From Synechococcus elongatus PCC 6301 (GTDB taxonomy: Bacteria > Cyanobacteriota > Cyanobacteriia > Synechococcales > Synechococcaceae), in contig NC_006576.1 of NCBI RefSeq assembly GCF_000010065.1, forward strand, positions 600,001 to 632,000: a DNA stretch of 32,000 nucleotides, written 5' to 3'. The notes beneath the pieces were generated by a model. The model ran no database searches. It was not told where the DNA came from and was given only the letters and a program-made list of their open reading frames with translations. The position numbers were made by a program, and so were the translations under genes. Within the stretch, counting starts at the first letter, position 1. Each line of letters opens with the position of its first letter. This document shows, piece after piece, positions 29,312-32,000 of the stretch.

Positions 29312-31006
29312 ATGGCGTCGTCTGTAGCTGCAGCCTCTCTGCCCCCCACCGCTTCAATTGGTACGGTCAAAGGCCCTGGTGAGCAGGCGAATCAATACGT
29401 CTTCATCACGGCGGAAAATCACCACGTGCGGGTGGGAGAGTTCGTCTACTACCAACTCCGTAGCCCCCTGGATGACTCGCTACAAGCCATCCTCGGCAAA
29501 ATCAGCGGCCTGCGGTTGATTGAGCACCTGCCCGATCGCATTTTTGCGGATGTGGAAACCAGTCCAGAAGCGATCGCCGCCTTGATTGGCTTTACCTACG
29601 ACCACCCCGAACTCTACGAAGTCACGGTTGAGGTAATTGGCTACTTTCAACCTGGACTCGGCTTTATCAACCCGCGACGAGCCCCGGATCCAGGCGCACG
29701 AGTCTACCTCGCCGAAGATCAGCGTCTGCAACAAGTTCTGAATCGCCGCCGTAGCGATGATGTCGGTGCTGCCCATGTGGGATCGCTCTTGCTGCGCGAT
29801 CGCGATGCCGTGCCGATCATCCTCGATGTTAAAGAGCTGGTCAGTACCCACATGGCAATCTTGGCAGGCACCGGCTCCGGTAAGTCCTACACGGCAGGTG
29901 TTCTCATTGAAGAGCTGTTGCGACCACAGAATCGGGCAGCTGTCCTGATCTTTGATCCCCATGGCGAATACGGCACCTTGGATGGGCTACGCGGCAATCC
30001 CATCTTTGAAGCTGACGGCTACCGTCCGACGATCAAAGTGCTGACACCCGCAGAGATTCGCATTCGCATCTCCTCGCTGAATTTCTACGATCTGCTGACG
30101 CTGCTACCCCAGACTACAGAACGTCAACAAGCGGTGCTGGAAAAAGCAGTCAACAGCCTTCGCAAGCATAAAACCCTGCGCGATCGCTGGGATTTTGGCC
30201 ACCTGATTGAAGCCGTCAAAGAGGCTGACACCACCGAGGACGACGAGGGCAATGAAGTCATGGGCCCTTCAGCTCAGTCTTTGAGTTGGCGCTTAGAGCG
30301 GCTGCAGTCCTCGCCCTACTTCCACAGCTGGGAACATCTGATTCCCCGCGATCTATTTGAACCGGGGCAAGCCACGATCCTGCAGATGAATGAGATCCCG
30401 CAGGAACAACAGCAGGTGATCTGCACGGTGATTCTGAACCAGAGCTATACCGCTCGCATCAATACGGTGCGGGGTGGCGCGACCGAAGGGGCAGAAGACC
30501 ATTTGCCCTATCCAATCTTTGCCCTAGTCGAAGAAGCCCACCGCTTTGCCCCTGCCCATGAGCCCTCGCGCTGTAAGCAAATTCTGCGGACGGTGCTTAG
30601 CGAAGGCCGGAAGTTTGGCTTTGGCATGGGGCTGATTACCCAGCGGCCTGGCAAAATCGATTCCGACATTCTTTCGCAGTGCATGAGCCAGTTCCTGATG
30701 CGGATTGTCAACCCCGTCGATCAGGAGAGCCTCAAGCATGGCGTCGAAGCCGCAGGGCGCGATCTCTTACAGGAACTGCCCTCGCTCAGTCGCGGTCAGG
30801 TAATCATCTCGGGTGCCTGCGTCAACACACCGGTTCTCTGCCAAGTGCGCACTCGCTACACCCAGCATGGTGGCGAAACGATGAATGCGCCCGAGGAATG
30901 GCAAAAGCATTTCCAAGGGACTCAGGCCAAAGATCGCGAGATTGCGATCGCCCCAATCGCAAACCGACCGGTTGCTGTCCGGCGGCGTAATGTCACGATC
31001 GAATAG
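29312..31006 (+). CDS. HerA-like DNA-translocase/helicase ATPase (DUF87)
   Basis: Walker A HMAILAGTGSGKSYTAGVLIEELL, AAVLIFDPHGEYGTLDG, YPIFALVEEAHRFAP, SEGRKFGFGMGLITQRPGKIDSDILSQCMSQFLMRIVNPVDQESLKHG. Confidence 0.9.
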   Translation: MASSVAAASLPPTASIGTVKGPGEQANQYVFITAENHHVRVGEFVYYQLRSPLDDSLQAILGKISGLRLIEHLPDRIFADVETSPEAIAALIGFTYDHPELYEVTVEVIGYFQPGLGFINPRRAPDPGARVYLAEDQRLQQVLNRRRSDDVGAAHVGSLLLRDRDAVPIILDVKELVSTHMAILAGTGSGKSYTAGVLIEELLRPQNRAAVLIFDPHGEYGTLDGLRGNPIFEADGYRPTIKVLTPAEIRIRISSLNFYDLLTLLPQTTERQQAVLEKAVNSLRKHKTLRDRWDFGHLIEAVKEADTTEDDEGNEVMGPSAQSLSWRLERLQSSPYFHSWEHLIPRDLFEPGQATILQMNEIPQEQQQVICTVILNQSYTARINTVRGGATEGAEDHLPYPIFALVEEAHRFAPAHEPSRCKQILRTVLSEGRKFGFGMGLITQRPGKIDSDILSQCMSQFLMRIVNPVDQESLKHGVEAAGRDLLQELPSLSRGQVIISGACVNTPVLCQVRTRYTQHGGETMNAPEEWQKHFQGTQAKDREIAIAPIANRPVAVRRRNVTIE

Positions 31007-31057
31007 ATTCGGTTATCTCGACTGCAGCGCGATCGCCCACAAGGTGAAGGAGTTTCC

Positions 31058-31063
31058 TATAAT
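31058..31063 (+). promoter_or_regulatory. Candidate -10 box (TATAAT) of ssrA
   Basis: A perfect TATAAT lies 12 nt upstream of the inferred mature 5' end. The -35 element is weak or not evident. Confidence 0.6.
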
Positions 31064-31075
31064 GAGGGGACACAA

Positions 31076-31466
31076 GGGGCTGTAATGGTTTCGACGTGTT
31101 GGTGAATCCTTCACCGTGATTCAGGCCGAGAGGGAGTCCACTCTCGTAAATCCAGGCTCAACCAAAAGTAACTGCGAACAACATCGTTCCTTTCGCTCGT
31201 AAGGCTGCTCCTGTAGCTGCTTAAACGCCACAAACTTTCTGGCTCGAGCGTCTAGTCGTAGACTCCGTTAATACGCCTAGACTTAAACCCCCAACGGATG
31301 CTCGAGTGGCGGCCTCAGGTCCGTCCTCTCGCTAAGCAAAAACCTGAGCATCCCGCCAACGGGGATAATCGTTGGCTCCCGCACAGTGGGTCAACCGTGC
31401 TAAGCCTGTGAACGAGCGGAAAGTTACTAGTCAATGCGGACAGCGGTTCGATTCCGCTCAGCTCCA
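31076..31466 (+). ncRNA. ssrA: tmRNA (one-piece), tag peptide ANNIVPFARKAAPVAA*
   Basis: 5' GGGGCUGUAAUGGUUUCGACG and 3' GGUUCGAUUCCGCUCAGCUCCA form the tRNA-like acceptor (GGGGCUG/CAGCUCC) and T-arm. The tag ORF at 31174-31224 reads GCG AAC AAC ATC GTT CCT TTC GCT CGT AAG GCT GCT CCT GTA GCT GCT TAA. Confidence 0.96.
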
Positions 31467-31484
31467 TTTTTATTTGTTAGACGC

Positions 31485-31519
31485 CTTGTTGCGATTGCAG
31501 CAAGCTTTTCGTTTTTTCT
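31485..31519 (+). terminator. Intrinsic terminator downstream of ssrA
   Basis: CTTGTTGC-GATT-GCAGCAAG stem (one G-T) followed by CTTTTCGTTTTTTC. Confidence 0.75.
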
Positions 31520-31529
31520 GCGCAGCAGG

Positions 31530-32000
31530 ATGATGACGATTCAGCAGTGGCTAGCGCTGGGATTGGCCATGCTCTTCCTAGCTGCACTACCTAGCTTGAG
31601 TGTGCTCACAGTTGTCACTCGCTCTGCCAGCTTAGGACTATGGCATGGTGCACTCACGACCGTCGGGATTGTACTGGGCGACTGTCTGTGGATTCTGCTG
31701 GCCTTGGTTGGTCTAGAGCAAGTTGCCCAGCTTGAAGGATGGCTGCCACTCATTCGTGCGCTGAGCGCTAGCTATCTGATTGTTTTGGGTTGGCAATTAT
31801 GGCGATCGCGCGATCGCAAATCATCCCAATTATCCTTACGGGAGACATCCCAGCCCGCAAGTTTCTTGGCAGGACTTTTGTTAACCCTAGCGGATCAAAA
31901 AGCACTGCTGTTTTATCTCGGTTTTTTCCCTACATTTTTAAATCTTGAACGCATTGCTGCATCAGAGGTTGCTGGGATCATGGTGATTGCAATCGGGACG
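31530..32000 (+). CDS. LysE/RhtB-family amino-acid exporter-like membrane protein, 5' part (continues past window)
   Basis: Open frame from 31530 to the edge: MMTIQQWLALGLAMLFLAALPSLSVLTVVTRSASLGLWHGALTTVGIVLGDCLWILLALVG... LTLADQKALLFYLGFFPTF. Confidence 0.85.
   Translation, partial: MMTIQQWLALGLAMLFLAALPSLSVLTVVTRSASLGLWHGALTTVGIVLGDCLWILLALVGLEQVAQLEGWLPLIRALSASYLIVLGWQLWRSRDRKSSQLSLRETSQPASFLAGLLLTLADQKALLFYLGFFPTFLNLERIAASEVAGIMVIAIGT

Noticed and set aside
1-32000. CRISPR arrays, insertion sequences, prophage or tRNA genes
   Set aside because: I saw no regularly spaced long repeats, transposase or integrase motifs, phage structural genes or tRNA cloverleafs by eye. The frequent GCGATCGC octamers are dispersed HIP1 sites, not CRISPR repeats.

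Overview
The window looks like ordinary, gene-dense unicellular cyanobacterial chromosome. HIP1 octamers (GCGATCGC) are frequent, and it carries psaD, ycf54, a ycf20-like gene, pxcA and a cyanobacterial tmRNA. Overall it resembles Synechococcus elongatus (PCC 7942/6301 type), but that is inference because no search was run. Recognisable genes, in order: purU (3' part), fumC, a TetR-family relic, a TPR protein, a HAD hydrolase, a cupin, trpE, psaD, lysC with repeated ACT domains, a lamin-tail/EEP extracellular nuclease, a zinc-ribbon protein, ftsH, rpmF, D-glycerate 3-kinase, a Ycf20/DUF565 protein, a lipoprotein-like protein, a GTPase with a DUF697-like tail, a divergent helicase/AddB-like protein, pxcA, cobU, a cysteine-containing hypothetical, ycf54, a fur-family regulator, a GT4 glycosyltransferase, an MFS transporter, recO, deoC, an SRPBCC protein, a HerA-like ATPase, ssrA, and a LysE-family transporter (5' part). 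I found no CRISPR array, transposon, prophage, or convincing new defence or biosynthetic system. The strongest anomalies are an apparent 1-nt deletion frameshift in psaD at about 6711-6712 and a decayed TetR-family gene at about 2087-2580. Secondary points are overlapping start codons of two divergent genes, a helicase-like protein without an obvious Walker A motif, a HerA-like ATPase with no NurA in view, and a large modular nuclease.
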